DNA of 63,720 nucleotides, the filler included, from Thraustochytrium aureum (Eukaryota): assembly GCA_012862495.1 (NCBI GenBank). It is 4 parts of 3 records of this genome, joined end to end, with 100 filler letters (N's around TTAATTAATTAA, not from the genome) between each part and the next. Parts side by side here need not be neighbours in the genome. Positions count along the whole stretch, not along the records: positions 1 to 27,824 come from BLSG01000402.1; 3 more parts are not named here. The stretch is one strand, 5' to 3'. The translations under genes were made by a program, and so were the position numbers. Each line of letters starts with the position of its first letter. The stretch's first letter is position 1. This document shows positions 1 through 9,792 of this stretch, piece after piece. Below the pieces are notes generated by a model that did no database searches, was not told where the DNA came from, and saw only the letters and a list, made by a program, of their open reading frames with translations.

Positions 1-2
1 AG

Positions 3-689
3 ACCAGCGAGGCGCCGAAAGCCAACGCCGAAGCGCCGGCAAGCGACGCAGCGCCCGCGCCAAAGCCCGCGCCGCCCTCACGCCAACTTTCCAAGAAAGA
101 AATCAAGCAAAAGGAACTCGAGGAACTCGATGCCCTCCTGAACGAGGTCGGGGCTTTGGCGGATTGCAACAACGAGTCCGGCAGCGATGACGAAGACGAC
201 GACGACGAAGACGACGAAGACGAAGACGACGCTTCCACCCAGGCCGACGAGCATGACGCAAAAGCTTCGCTAGAGGAGGCTCAAGCCGCTGCCGCAGCTG
301 CCTTTCTCTCCCTCGGGCTCACAGTCCAAACAGGACTCGCGTCCAAGAAGAAGAAGAAGAAGAAAAAGGCGAAAAAACCGCCCTCAGCTTCTGCTGCGGC
401 GTCGCCCGTGTCAATGGCCTCGAACGAGACCGGCTGCGCTGAGTCGGCCCCACCAACGCCCGCCTCCGGCCCCTCGTCGAGTGGGCCCGGAGAGGCCGGA
501 CCGGATGCCCCGGCGAACATCAAGCGGATTCTTGCGACCAAGTCCAAGGGCAAGAAGAAGTCGCCGGCGTCCGGCAGCGCGGCTGCGGCCGCCGCTGCAG
601 CGGCCGAAGCCGAGGCCAAGAGCCGAGCTGCCAAGCAAAAGAAGAAGAAGAAGGACAAGAGCGCCTTCAACCACGTCCCGCTCAAGTGA
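3..689 (+). CDS. Conserved eukaryotic hypothetical Lys/Asp/Ala-rich protein, 5'-partial
   Basis: Frame is open from base 3 to TGA at 689. Contains RQLSKKEIKQKELEELDALLNEVG and C-terminal KKKKDKSAFNHVPLK, which resemble motifs I recall from an uncharacterised plant/protist family. Confidence 0.7.
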   Translation, partial: TSEAPKANAEAPASDAAPAPKPAPPSRQLSKKEIKQKELEELDALLNEVGALADCNNESGSDDEDDDDEDDEDEDDASTQADEHDAKASLEEAQAAAAAAFLSLGLTVQTGLASKKKKKKKKAKKPPSASAAASPVSMASNETGCAESAPPTPASGPSSSGPGEAGPDAPANIKRILATKSKGKKKSPASGSAAAAAAAAAEAEAKSRAAKQKKKKKDKSAFNHVPLK

Positions 690-839
690 GGCCGTGCAAC
701 CGCTGCATAAAACCCCCTGCTTGTCAGCACGCGTGTTCGCCCCTACGGCGCGCGCGCGCGCTGCCTACTGCCTGACGCCCAAAAGCCCCTGCGCCCTGTG
801 GCCCGGAGAAGACCTACCTTCCCAACCCCCGTAGCAAAA

Positions 840-2534
840 TCACAATACTATTTCACAACAAGCACCCAATTCATCCAGCGCGCCGAGGCCGCGCCCGACC
901 CGGCCGCACCATCGCAGATCCACTCTGCGGAGCGAGCGGCACCCACGCAGAGCAGAGACGTCCTCCAGCGCCTCGCAGCGCCGCGCGCAGACCTCCTCGA
1001 GCGCGGAGCAACCCTCCAGGCCAGCGAGCGACCGCAGCGCCGAGCAATACTCGAGCTCGATCGTGCGCAGCTGCCGACACCTGCCAAATGGTTGCAGGCT
1101 GGCCAGTGCACTGCACCCGCTCAAGCGAACGCGCCGCAAGGCCTCGCACCCGTCCAGGGGCGCGGCGCGGAGCTCCGCGCATCCGCTCAGGTTGGCGCTC
1201 TGCAGCCTCCCGCACCGCGAGAGCGCCGACACGTCCAGCAGGGCGTAGCAGTGCGAGAGGTCGACGCGCTCGAGCATCGCGCACAGCCCAAGCGCCTCGA
1301 CGCTCATCAGCGAGTCGCACATGGTGGCGTCAAGGTGACGCAGGGACCGCGCTATCAACGCGACACTCGAGATGTCCAGAAGCTGCCCGCAGCAGCTCAC
1401 GTCCAGGCTCTGTACCGGTGGCGCCGGCGAGTCGGAGCCGAATCGCGGGAGCTCGGCCAGCTGCGAGCACCCGCGAAGCGAGAGCCGCCGCAGCCCTGGC
1501 AGCAGGGGCATCGCCGCGCGCGTTGCGAACAGCGAGATGCACAAGGAAAGGTCCAGGCTCTCCAGGGCCGCGCAGTGCCCCAGCGCGCTCAAGTCCGACA
1601 GGCTGCGGCAGCCCTCCAAGCTCAACTCCCTCAGCCGGGCGCACCCCGACAGACCGCTCAGGTCGACGAGCTCTTCGCAGCCCGCAAGCGACACTCGCAC
1701 CAGCGCGCTCGGGTTGCCAGGCTGGGGCCCGCGCAGGGCGAGGAGCCCCCCGCAAAAGCTCGCATCAAGCTCGTGCAGCCCATGCAGCGGGCCAAGGTCT
1801 ATCACTGATGCCCTCGACCAGAGCCGCAGCGCGCCAAGCTCGTACTCGCCCAATATCTGGCAAAGGCTTGCGACGCACGCGTCCCTGATCGCGCGCAGGG
1901 CGACGCCAGAGATCCGCCACTGTCTCCGCACCCGTCGCGAAACAAACAGACGCGATACGTCCTCCACCGTGTACCAGGGCCGCCCTCGCATCATCCGGAG
2001 GTCCAGCTCGCGGCCCCAAAGTGTGCTGCGGTGCGCGCGGCTGCACTGTGCGAGCCGCCCGACGTCGTCCGGGCCCAGGAACGAGCACACCTCAAGAAAC
2101 AGCCCAACCTCGCCGTGGTCGAGCGACCACCGCGCCTCGCTTGCGTCAGGGGCTTTGGACGTGTCTCGAGGCTGCTGCTCGTCGGCCTGCTCGCTGGGCA
2201 GCGTCCTTGCCCGAGCGCCAGCGTCCAGCGGCTCGGGGAGCAGCAGCTTGGCACCCCGCGGGCTCGCGCACACCAGCGAGCTTGCTCTGCTGCAGTGAAA
2301 GCACTCAGGGACGGCTCCCGGCGAGCACTCCGCGGCGCTGCCGCCGTCCTGCGTCAGGCGGGCGAGCCCAGCGTCGCCAAGGCGGCCGTCGCGCGAATCA
2401 TCCTTCTTCAGACCCGCCACCGACCTCCAGTTGCCCTGCGCATCTGTCACCACAAACAGCGTCTCGCGGCACTCTTCGCAGACCCCCACGCTCCAGGCCC
2501 GGGTCAGCCGTCTGGACTGGTCCGCGCCCTCCAT
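840..2534 (-). CDS. F-box/leucine-rich-repeat protein (Cys-containing LRRs)
   Basis: ATG at 2534 (MEGADQ). F-box-like LFLEVCSFLGPDDVGRLAQCSRAHR, followed by many LxxLxLxxCxxLxxL repeats. Confidence 0.8.
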   Translation of the reverse strand: MEGADQSRRLTRAWSVGVCEECRETLFVVTDAQGNWRSVAGLKKDDSRDGRLGDAGLARLTQDGGSAAECSPGAVPECFHCSRASSLVCASPRGAKLLLPEPLDAGARARTLPSEQADEQQPRDTSKAPDASEARWSLDHGEVGLFLEVCSFLGPDDVGRLAQCSRAHRSTLWGRELDLRMMRGRPWYTVEDVSRLFVSRRVRRQWRISGVALRAIRDACVASLCQILGEYELGALRLWSRASVIDLGPLHGLHELDASFCGGLLALRGPQPGNPSALVRVSLAGCEELVDLSGLSGCARLRELSLEGCRSLSDLSALGHCAALESLDLSLCISLFATRAAMPLLPGLRRLSLRGCSQLAELPRFGSDSPAPPVQSLDVSCCGQLLDISSVALIARSLRHLDATMCDSLMSVEALGLCAMLERVDLSHCYALLDVSALSRCGRLQSANLSGCAELRAAPLDGCEALRRVRLSGCSALASLQPFGRCRQLRTIELEYCSALRSLAGLEGCSALEEVCARRCEALEDVSALRGCRSLRRVDLRWCGRVGRGLGALDELGACCEIVL

Positions 2535-3033
2535 CCCCGGCCGCGCTCCTGCCCACCCCGTGTGTCCCCGGGACAGGGCATTGCAGCTCGGCCGCTCCAG
2601 AATGTGGCCGCGCGCCTTGTGGCCTCTCGCCGCGGCGCGGGCTGCGCGAGCGCTTGCTTGAGCCGCCGCGCCAGCTAGAGGGCGTGAACCGCCGCGGGCC
2701 TCGGCGGTGGAGGCCAGGCGACGGCGATTTCGTCCGCGGGGCCTGAGGAGCGAGCGCGGCTTGCCCGCTCGTGGCGGCGCTCTGCACGGCGCTTCTCCGG
2801 AGGACTGCGAGCTCAACGGGAGGTGCGCAACGAGAGATGCGCGATGCGGGCGCGCAATGCGGGCACAGGGCAAGGTCAGAACAGACTTTGGAATGCGCGC
2901 CCGTTGCCCGACGCCGCCGCGTTGCCAAGCTGGCTGCAACGGTGACCGCGCGCGGCCGCCTCATTCGCAGCTTCTTTCACATTCACAGACAGACAATTTG
3001 TTTACGATACACGAGCCCGAACAGGCGCTTTCC

Positions 3034-4401
3034 TCAGCTCCAGATCGGCTCAAACACCGAGCCTCCGAACGGGCGCATCCCTGGCCGCGCCGAGGGCCAT
3101 CCCAGTCTGGTCGGCGCCACGTGCCGTTGCGGAAGGCGCTGCGGAGCCTCGCCAAACATCCATCCATTCCGCGGAGCGCGGCGCGGCTGCACGACCTTTG
3201 GTACCTTGATCTGGAGAACGCGGGGCCGCACGAGGCGGACCGTCGCCTCAGTGGGAGATAGTTGCGCGCTGCTCACGTCGAAAGCGAGCGCCTTCGAGCC
3301 TGCCACGGACAGCGTCATCGTGCCAGTGCTCCGGTCCACGCGCAGCTCGCACGCCCGGATGTCCACGTCGTGCTCGGCTGCCACGTAGATGGCCAAGTAG
3401 CTCCCCTCGTCCGACGTGCTGTACCGCAGCTCCGGCAGGCTTGCAGGCTTGATTGTGCGCGGCGCTGCGTCTCGCACGTGGTCCTGCTGCTTGCGGGCGG
3501 CCTCTCGAGGCCCTGCTTCGTCCTCCTCCTCGCCCTCGCTCATGCTGCTGTCTCCAAGGTCCTCGTCCTCGCCTTCGTTTTCGGATTCGGAATCGTCGCG
3601 CTCCATCGCGGCGGCGCTCTCGCTTGCTCTGTCCGGGGCAACAGCCGCTTCCGTTCCAGAGGGTTCGCTTGTCTCTTGTTCCATGGCCGCGGGCTCGAGC
3701 GCAGATCGCCGTGCTGCGTCGCGTGCCGCAAGCCGCTCGCACCGCTTGAACAGGGCGTCGGCGCGGGGCAAGAGCGTGCTGTTGATGTTGCCGACCAGCC
3801 GCCTTCGCTCTGCGCGGAGCGCGTCGTCCCCAAGCGACTGCACGTTGTCGAGCTCCAGCAGTGTCTTCATAAAGGCCTCTGCGACGAGGCCAGCCTGGGT
3901 TCGGGTCTTGCCGGCCTCCAGTGCGTCGTCGTTGGCCGGGAGCCGGCCGAGCGAGCGCCGCATCCACACGGCCAGAGCGCTCTTCGCACACGCGAAGGAA
4001 TACCTTGCGCCCGACCGGTCCAGGCGCCCAGCGAGTTGCTCCACGAGCTTGCCAAGTTCGCCGAGCCTCTGGCGCGCGGCTTCCCGAGCCTTCGCAGTCT
4101 CCTCGTCCACCTCCTCGTCCGCCTCGTCGACGTTCATCGCGCTCCCCTCCTCCACATCTGATTGCGGCTGCTCGTCGCTCTTCGCGCCGACTTGCTCCTC
4201 CACTTTTTCGTGCTCAGCGTCGAGCTGGTTCACGTCGAGTTGCGCATCCACGTCGGGCTGCGACTCGATCGCTTCCTTGTTTGTCATCTCCCACACTTCG
4301 CTCGTGCGTCTCGACTTTCGTAACTTCGTTCGGCTTTGCTTTGAACTGTTTGGGGTCTGCCGACGCGGCTTGGCTGCCACGACATGAGCAAGTTGAGGCA
4401 T
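3034..4401 (-). CDS. BAG-domain co-chaperone with C-terminal HSP20/alpha-crystallin-like domain
   Basis: EAFMKTLLELDNVQSLGDDALRAERRRLVGNIN is a BAG signature. An acidic linker precedes a beta-rich C-terminal domain ending VLQIKVPK. An alternative start is ATG 4287. Confidence 0.75.
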   Translation of the reverse strand: MPQLAHVVAAKPRRQTPNSSKQSRTKLRKSRRTSEVWEMTNKEAIESQPDVDAQLDVNQLDAEHEKVEEQVGAKSDEQPQSDVEEGSAMNVDEADEEVDEETAKAREAARQRLGELGKLVEQLAGRLDRSGARYSFACAKSALAVWMRRSLGRLPANDDALEAGKTRTQAGLVAEAFMKTLLELDNVQSLGDDALRAERRRLVGNINSTLLPRADALFKRCERLAARDAARRSALEPAAMEQETSEPSGTEAAVAPDRASESAAAMERDDSESENEGEDEDLGDSSMSEGEEEDEAGPREAARKQQDHVRDAAPRTIKPASLPELRYSTSDEGSYLAIYVAAEHDVDIRACELRVDRSTGTMTLSVAGSKALAFDVSSAQLSPTEATVRLVRPRVLQIKVPKVVQPRRAPRNGWMFGEAPQRLPQRHVAPTRLGWPSARPGMRPFGGSVFEPIWS

Positions 4402-4420
4402 CTACTAGTACGTAGGAAGC

Positions 4421-4500
4421 GCTCTCGAGCGCTCTCGAACCTTCCAGAACCCTCCAGAGCCCTCCAGAACCCTCTCGAAGAACTCGGAGCGCTCTCGAAC
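4421..4500. promoter_or_regulatory. Array of heat-shock elements upstream of the BAG gene
   Basis: Perfect nGAAnnTTCnnGAAn at 4436-4450, set within eight degenerate units of 10-bp period. Confidence 0.7.
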
Positions 4501-4564
4501 AACGTGCCATTCATCTGCTCTGGTCTGCTCAGTCCTCGTGTCGTGCGAGTCCGGCGAGCGCACA

Positions 4565-4706
4565 GCCGTGATCGTCATGGCTCGCTTCAGTGCCGTGATC
4601 GTCATGGCTCGCTTCAGTGCCGAGATCGTCATGGCTCGCTTCAATGATCAGTTGACGATGGCTCGCTTCAAGGATCAGTTGACGATGGCTCGCTTCAATG
4701 ATCAGT
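4565..4706. repeat. 27-bp minisatellite, about 5 copies of two sub-types
   Basis: GCCG(T/A)GATCGTCATGGCTCGCTTCA(G/A)T x3, then GATCAGTTGACGATGGCTCGCTTCAA(G/T) x2. Shared core ATGGCTCGCTTCA. Confidence 0.9.
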
Positions 4707-4740
4707 GAAAACTGGTCTATCCTATGGCATGCAGCAAGCC

Positions 4741-5900
4741 TCAGAGCCGGCTGCGAATGCACCAGCACAATTGCGTCGGGCCACGCAACAACCTTTGCAA
4801 GGTCGAAGGACGCGTTGTCCGCGCCGTGGCGGCGGATGGCGGATTGGCCACCGATACGGGGACCTCCGCGATCGGGGCATCAGGTGGCGCCTCGCCGAAG
4901 CGAAGCAAGCGGACGAGGGCCTCGCGGCCGCCTGACGGCAGCAATACATCAAGCTCCACGCGCAAAGCGCCAGTGGACCTCGCACGCGCGTTCGGCAGGC
5001 CCTGTTCAGCCGCAATCAAGGTCGTACGCACTGACTCGAGCGGGGGAAACGAAAGGACCAAGTCTTGGCCATGCGGTGAACGAACACGCGCCTCGCCACC
5101 AGCGAGCGCAGCCTCAAGCGAAATCGCGACTGTGGTGACGAGGTCGTCGCTGTGTCCGGGAACGCGGCGATACTCGCGGTGCTCCAGTTCGCGCACCACA
5201 AAGTCCAGGTCACCTGCGATCACCCCTGGCCCGTCCTCGAGGCCCTGCCTGAGGAGCGTGAGTGTGTCACCTTCCCGCGTGCCGCGTGGAACCTCTAATT
5301 GCATCTCGTCCCACGTCGACACATATCGCCCCACTCTTGGGTCAAACGCCTGCCGCTCAGCCTGCACAACTTTGGTCGTCCCGCGGCAAATCTCCTCAAC
5401 CGTGAGCTGCAGCTCGCGCACGATACGGTGGCGCTTCCTCGGAATTGGGTTCGCGGAAAAGGCCCTTGCGCGACCAAAGGGGAACAGCGTAGGCCCCGGG
5501 GCGGCGCCTAGCGGCCCCCAACGAAAAACTCAAACCCAGCCGGCCGCACGGGCCTGCGTTCGCCCATGCGCCTGAACGGCGTGCCAAAGACCTGAGCAAA
5601 GAGTCGCTCAGCAAAGTCCTCGGCGTCGAACGTAGCCCTGCCAAACTCACTCGCACCCTGGCCACCAAAGTTTGCGCTCTGTTGGTCGAGGCTTCGGTCG
5701 TACTCCTTTCGTCGCGCTGCGTCCGAGAGCACTGCGTACGCCGCGCTCACTTCTTTAAACTTGGCGTCGTCACCGCCATTCTTGTCGGGATGAAACCGCA
5801 GCGCAAGCCTCCTGTACGCCTTGCGAATCTCCTCTTCGTCAGCGTTCCTCTGGACCCCGAGGACATCATAGAGCGAGGGCGTCGCCTTGGACGTGGACAT
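4741..5900 (-). CDS. Class B DnaJ/Hsp40, with a probable sequencing frameshift at about 5515-5519
   Basis: J domain (LYDVLGV...RFHPDKN) and G/F region, then a DnaJ C-terminal domain ([17 protein letters not shown]...ISLEAALAG) in the next frame. Adding one G to a G5 run joins them. Confidence 0.85.
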
Positions 5901-6438
5901 TCCGTCCCGTTCGACGCCGTCGCGTTCGCGCCGTATCGACGCCCTCGTACAGCGCAACGGCCGCAGTCGCAGCGCGCTCTTCTTCACCAATCCCTATCTC
6001 TCTGTCTTCCTTTTGGCGCCTCAGCCACGACCCGATCACGACCGCCTGGCCACATTCGCGCACTTCTGCGACCCCTTGCAGCCTCGGTGACATTCTGCAT
6101 GTGCTGGACGACCTGAGCCCAACCGCTCGTCACATACCCCTTCAAAGTTACGCGACTTTGCGTCTCCCTTGACCAGGCCCAACTCATGCGTCACAGAGAA
6201 GACACTGTGACGTGATTGTGTGTCTTCAAGGGGGTAGGGCGAGACGTGAGATCGCTTGTGATTGGCGTCGAAGGGAAAAACTGAGCAGACGCGGAAGAGG
6301 ACACGGAGGCCGGGCAGACAGGCAGGCAGGCAGGCGGAGAAAGGCCGTTGGCGCCGGCGGGCTTGTGGCTGGGCTGGGCTCGGGCGTGGCCGCCGGGACG
6401 GGGCCGGCGCGGCCTGGCAGGCCCGCGGCGCAGGCGGG

Positions 6439-8124
6439 ATGTCGACCAAGATTCGCATCAAGCTGCCCATCAAGCGGCAGCAAGAGTCGTCTGCGAGCAT
6501 CAGCAGCGTGGATGTGAGCGACGACGAGGGGGCCGCGGCGCCGCGGGCCGCGGCGCCGGCCAATGGCCTCGGTGGCGCCTCGCAGAGCGCGAGCGCGATA
6601 CCAGAGATGTACCGACACCTGAAAGACCTCACTGAGCAAGAGGTCCGCCTGCTGCAAAAGTTTGCGCGCACGAAGCGGGTCGTGCTCAAGGTGGATAGCA
6701 AGCCCCTCAGCCTAGCCGCGCAAAAGGCCCAACTCGAAAGAAAGCGCCGCGAGCGGTCGGATCGCGATCGCATGAGTGTGAAACGACCACGGCTCCACAC
6801 CGACAGCAACGACCCTGACCGACACCACTCTCGAGTCCCCGGGACCCTTCCACCGCCATCTTCGCAAAATGTTGTGGTGCCGGCACCGCCTCCGCCAGCC
6901 GCGGTGTTTGGCGGCGGCCAATTCGCACACAGGCCATCGTTGAGCGACCTGAGCCCCACCGGCGGTCCTGGCGCACCAACGGCCGCCGAGGAGCTCGATA
7001 GCTCGAAATACCTGCTTGCCACAGACTGGCATACGCGCGACCACAAAGAGCCCTTGATCCTCGAGCTCCCAAATCTCACCTTTACAGGCGGCATCGACAA
7101 ACCAAACGGAGGCAACACGATCATCATCACCGGCACGATGCCCAATTCATCAGAGCGATTCTGCATCAACATTGCGCCGTCGCCCGACTTTAACGAGTCG
7201 GACCCGAATACCACCGTCCTCTACCACTTCAACCCGCGCGTTGGCTGGGGCAAACGGTGTATTTTGCAAAACTCGTTCATGCAGAAGACCTGGGGCAAGG
7301 CGGACAAGTCGATCCATGACATGCCCATCGAGCAGGGCAAGGAGTTTGAGCTGCGCATTCACGTCATGCCCAACGAATTCCTCGTATATTTGGACGGCAA
7401 GCACCTCTCGACGTTCCGAAACAGGGCGGACGCCCGCTATCTCAAGACGGGCAACTCGCTCTACCTAATAGTGCCAGTCATTGAGGCGCACTTTGGCGAC
7501 AACGAAGACGTTATCATCAGCAAGGTATGGTGGGGCATCCAGCACCCTGGCTCGCGAAGCCCGGCGAGCGCGGCGGGGGGCGTGCCCGGCGCTGCGCCAC
7601 CCGTGCCTTTCGGCGCCCCTGGGCAGCGCCCGCCGTCCTCCAACTCCTCGGCTGCGGGCGACAGCCAAAGCGGCGGCGGAGGCCGGCACCGCAACCACGG
7701 CAGGGACCGCGACTACAATAGAGACCACCACCGGGACAACTATAGGGACAGAGACAGGGACCGCCACCACGGCAGGGGTGGCGGCCCAGCAGGCGGCCGC
7801 GACGGCCACCACCACTCGCGGCACACTCCCTCGCAGCCGCGGTACGAGGAGCGCGTCCTGCACGTCGCGGGTCTCCCGCTCGACGCGCGGTCCGCCTACA
7901 ACGAAGTCCTGCGCCTTTTTGAGAACTACGGCATCGAAAAGGACGAGCGCACCGGCAACCCTCGCATTCACATTATCGACGGCAAGGGCTTTGGATTCGT
8001 CACGCTCAAGGCGGCCGCGAGCTCGGACGAGGCCACCAAGTACCTCAACGGCGTTCCTGCCACGGCCGGAGGGACGCTTTCCGTGAGCCGCGCGCGCAAA
8101 AAGTCCAACAACAGCAGACGGTAG
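6439..8124 (+). CDS. Galectin-like domain + Arg/Asp/His-rich region + C-terminal RRM protein
   Basis: RFCINI...YHFNPR...ILQNS...WG...GKEFELRI...LDGKHLSTFRNR is galectin-like. LHVAGLP and KGFGFVTL match RNP2 and RNP1. Confidence 0.85.
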   Translation: MSTKIRIKLPIKRQQESSASISSVDVSDDEGAAAPRAAAPANGLGGASQSASAIPEMYRHLKDLTEQEVRLLQKFARTKRVVLKVDSKPLSLAAQKAQLERKRRERSDRDRMSVKRPRLHTDSNDPDRHHSRVPGTLPPPSSQNVVVPAPPPPAAVFGGGQFAHRPSLSDLSPTGGPGAPTAAEELDSSKYLLATDWHTRDHKEPLILELPNLTFTGGIDKPNGGNTIIITGTMPNSSERFCINIAPSPDFNESDPNTTVLYHFNPRVGWGKRCILQNSFMQKTWGKADKSIHDMPIEQGKEFELRIHVMPNEFLVYLDGKHLSTFRNRADARYLKTGNSLYLIVPVIEAHFGDNEDVIISKVWWGIQHPGSRSPASAAGGVPGAAPPVPFGAPGQRPPSSNSSAAGDSQSGGGGRHRNHGRDRDYNRDHHRDNYRDRDRDRHHGRGGGPAGGRDGHHHSRHTPSQPRYEERVLHVAGLPLDARSAYNEVLRLFENYGIEKDERTGNPRIHIIDGKGFGFVTLKAAASSDEATKYLNGVPATAGGTLSVSRARKKSNNSRR

Positions 8125-8515
8125 GCAGCCCGTCCAAGGTGGATGGGGCCACCTGAGCCAGCGAAGCCTTCGCCATTTTTATCCGTTTTTCTTTTTCCCA
8201 ATTCCCCGGCCTCGAGCATTGCCCAGACCCGTGCCACGCCGCCATCGCGCGCCTGGTCCAACGCAGTGCGCTGAGGAGTGCGGGCGCTCTGCGGGGGGCT
8301 GCGGGTTCGCGCGGCCGGGTCCGCCGACGCTTTGTTTCCCTCGCAGAAGGGTGAAAATCGAGCGAGCACAGCGCGTGGCCAGGCCTCGGCTTGGGCGACG
8401 CCCGGTCGACGACGCGGGTCTCGGGCATCCAGCCAACGCGCTGTGGTCGGCGGCGGCGGCGGCGGCGGTGTTTGTTTGTTTAGGCTGATTCATAAAATCA
8501 AAAACGAACGGCGCC

Positions 8516-9663
8516 ATGCAGCAGGTGAGCGAGCTCTCGGTGATCGAGCCGCCGGTGCTCAAGCTGCCCAAGGGTCTGAGCCGGGAGGAGGTTCGGCGCG
8601 AGCTGCACAACCGCGGCATCCAGCCGGTGGGCATTCACGGCGAAGACATTGAGCGCCTCAAGGCCGAGTTCCAGCACGAGTTCGAGAATGCAAAGCGCGA
8701 CTACGCTCGGGCCATCGAAGCGCGCGAACAGAAACTGCGCGACGACGAGGCCAAGCTGCGGCGAGACCAAGAGGCCATCAGGGACGAGAAAGAGGAGCGC
8801 AAGCTCGTCAAAGCGTTCCCAGCGCTTCGGCTGTTTCTCGAGCTCGCCAGCAAGAGCAAGACCGGCCCTGAGGGCTGCTTTTCGGGCGGCCCGCCGCTCG
8901 CTAGGGCAATCGCGAGGCGACTGCCAACATGCGCGTCGCTCGTGGCCCTGGACCTGTCGAACGGGACTCTGGGCGACGCAGGCTGCTCGGCCCTTGCGCG
9001 CGCGCTGCAATGCTCAACCACCAAGCTGCAGCGCCTGGACCTAAATAGCAACGGCATCGGGCCGGACGGGGTGCAAAGCCTCGGCAGCGCGATCACGGTG
9101 AACGCCTCGCTCGTGTCCTTGTCGCTCGAGGACAACGACCTCACCAACAACTATCAAGAGTACGGTGGAGTCGCCGCGCTCTCGAGCGCCCTGACCGCCA
9201 ACTCGACGCTCACTGCGCTCAACCTGAACCGAACCACGCTCGGCGTCAATGGGCTCGCTGCGCTTGTCCACGCGCTCAAGGAGAACGACGCACTCGTTGT
9301 ACTCGATGTCGACTTTAATGGCAACGTCAAGCCGGCGCACATGGTCGAGCTCCACGCCAAGATTGAGGAGAACAAGGTGTTGAGCACGGAAAGGCAAGTC
9401 GCGAGGCAGGCGGAGCTCCTGGCTCTGCGGCGCCAGCAGAAATTTGAGCGCGACCGCGCCGAGTGCGAGCGAAGGAGAAGGACGAGCACGCCCAGGCAGA
9501 GGAGCGCGCCAAGGAACGACAGGCCGAAAGGCTGCGCAAGTACGAAGAAGAACGCGAAGCAAAGAAAAAGTACTTGGAGGATGCCCACGTGCGCGCTCTC
9601 GCGCGGCAGGCAGAGTTTGACGAGCAAGAGCTCAGCAAGAAGAAGAAGGGCAAGAAAAAGTAG
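8516..9663 (+). CDS. RNI-like LRR protein with coiled coils, probable frameshift at about 9463
   Basis: LDLSNGTLGDAG, LDLNSNGIGPDG and LSLEDNDL repeats. The charged coiled-coil tail continues in the 9463-9663 frame and ends KKKKGKKK*. Confidence 0.8.
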
Positions 9664-9792
9664 CGTTCAATCAAAGCAAAGCACTTGGGCCGAGAATTTC
9701 TGGTGTTCAGGTATCGGTTTGACTAGATTAAACGTTTCGTCGCGGGCGCAGCCGCGCATGGCCCTGACTGCGCGACAAGACTCGAGCTCGGA

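Noticed and set aside
4565..4706. CRISPR-like array
   Set aside because: The intervening segments are themselves repeated, the period is only 27 bp, no cas genes are present, and the context is eukaryotic.
4741..5900. Pseudogene status for DnaJ and the other frameshifted genes
   Set aside because: Each has only isolated homopolymer indels with motifs otherwise intact, so sequencing error is more parsimonious.
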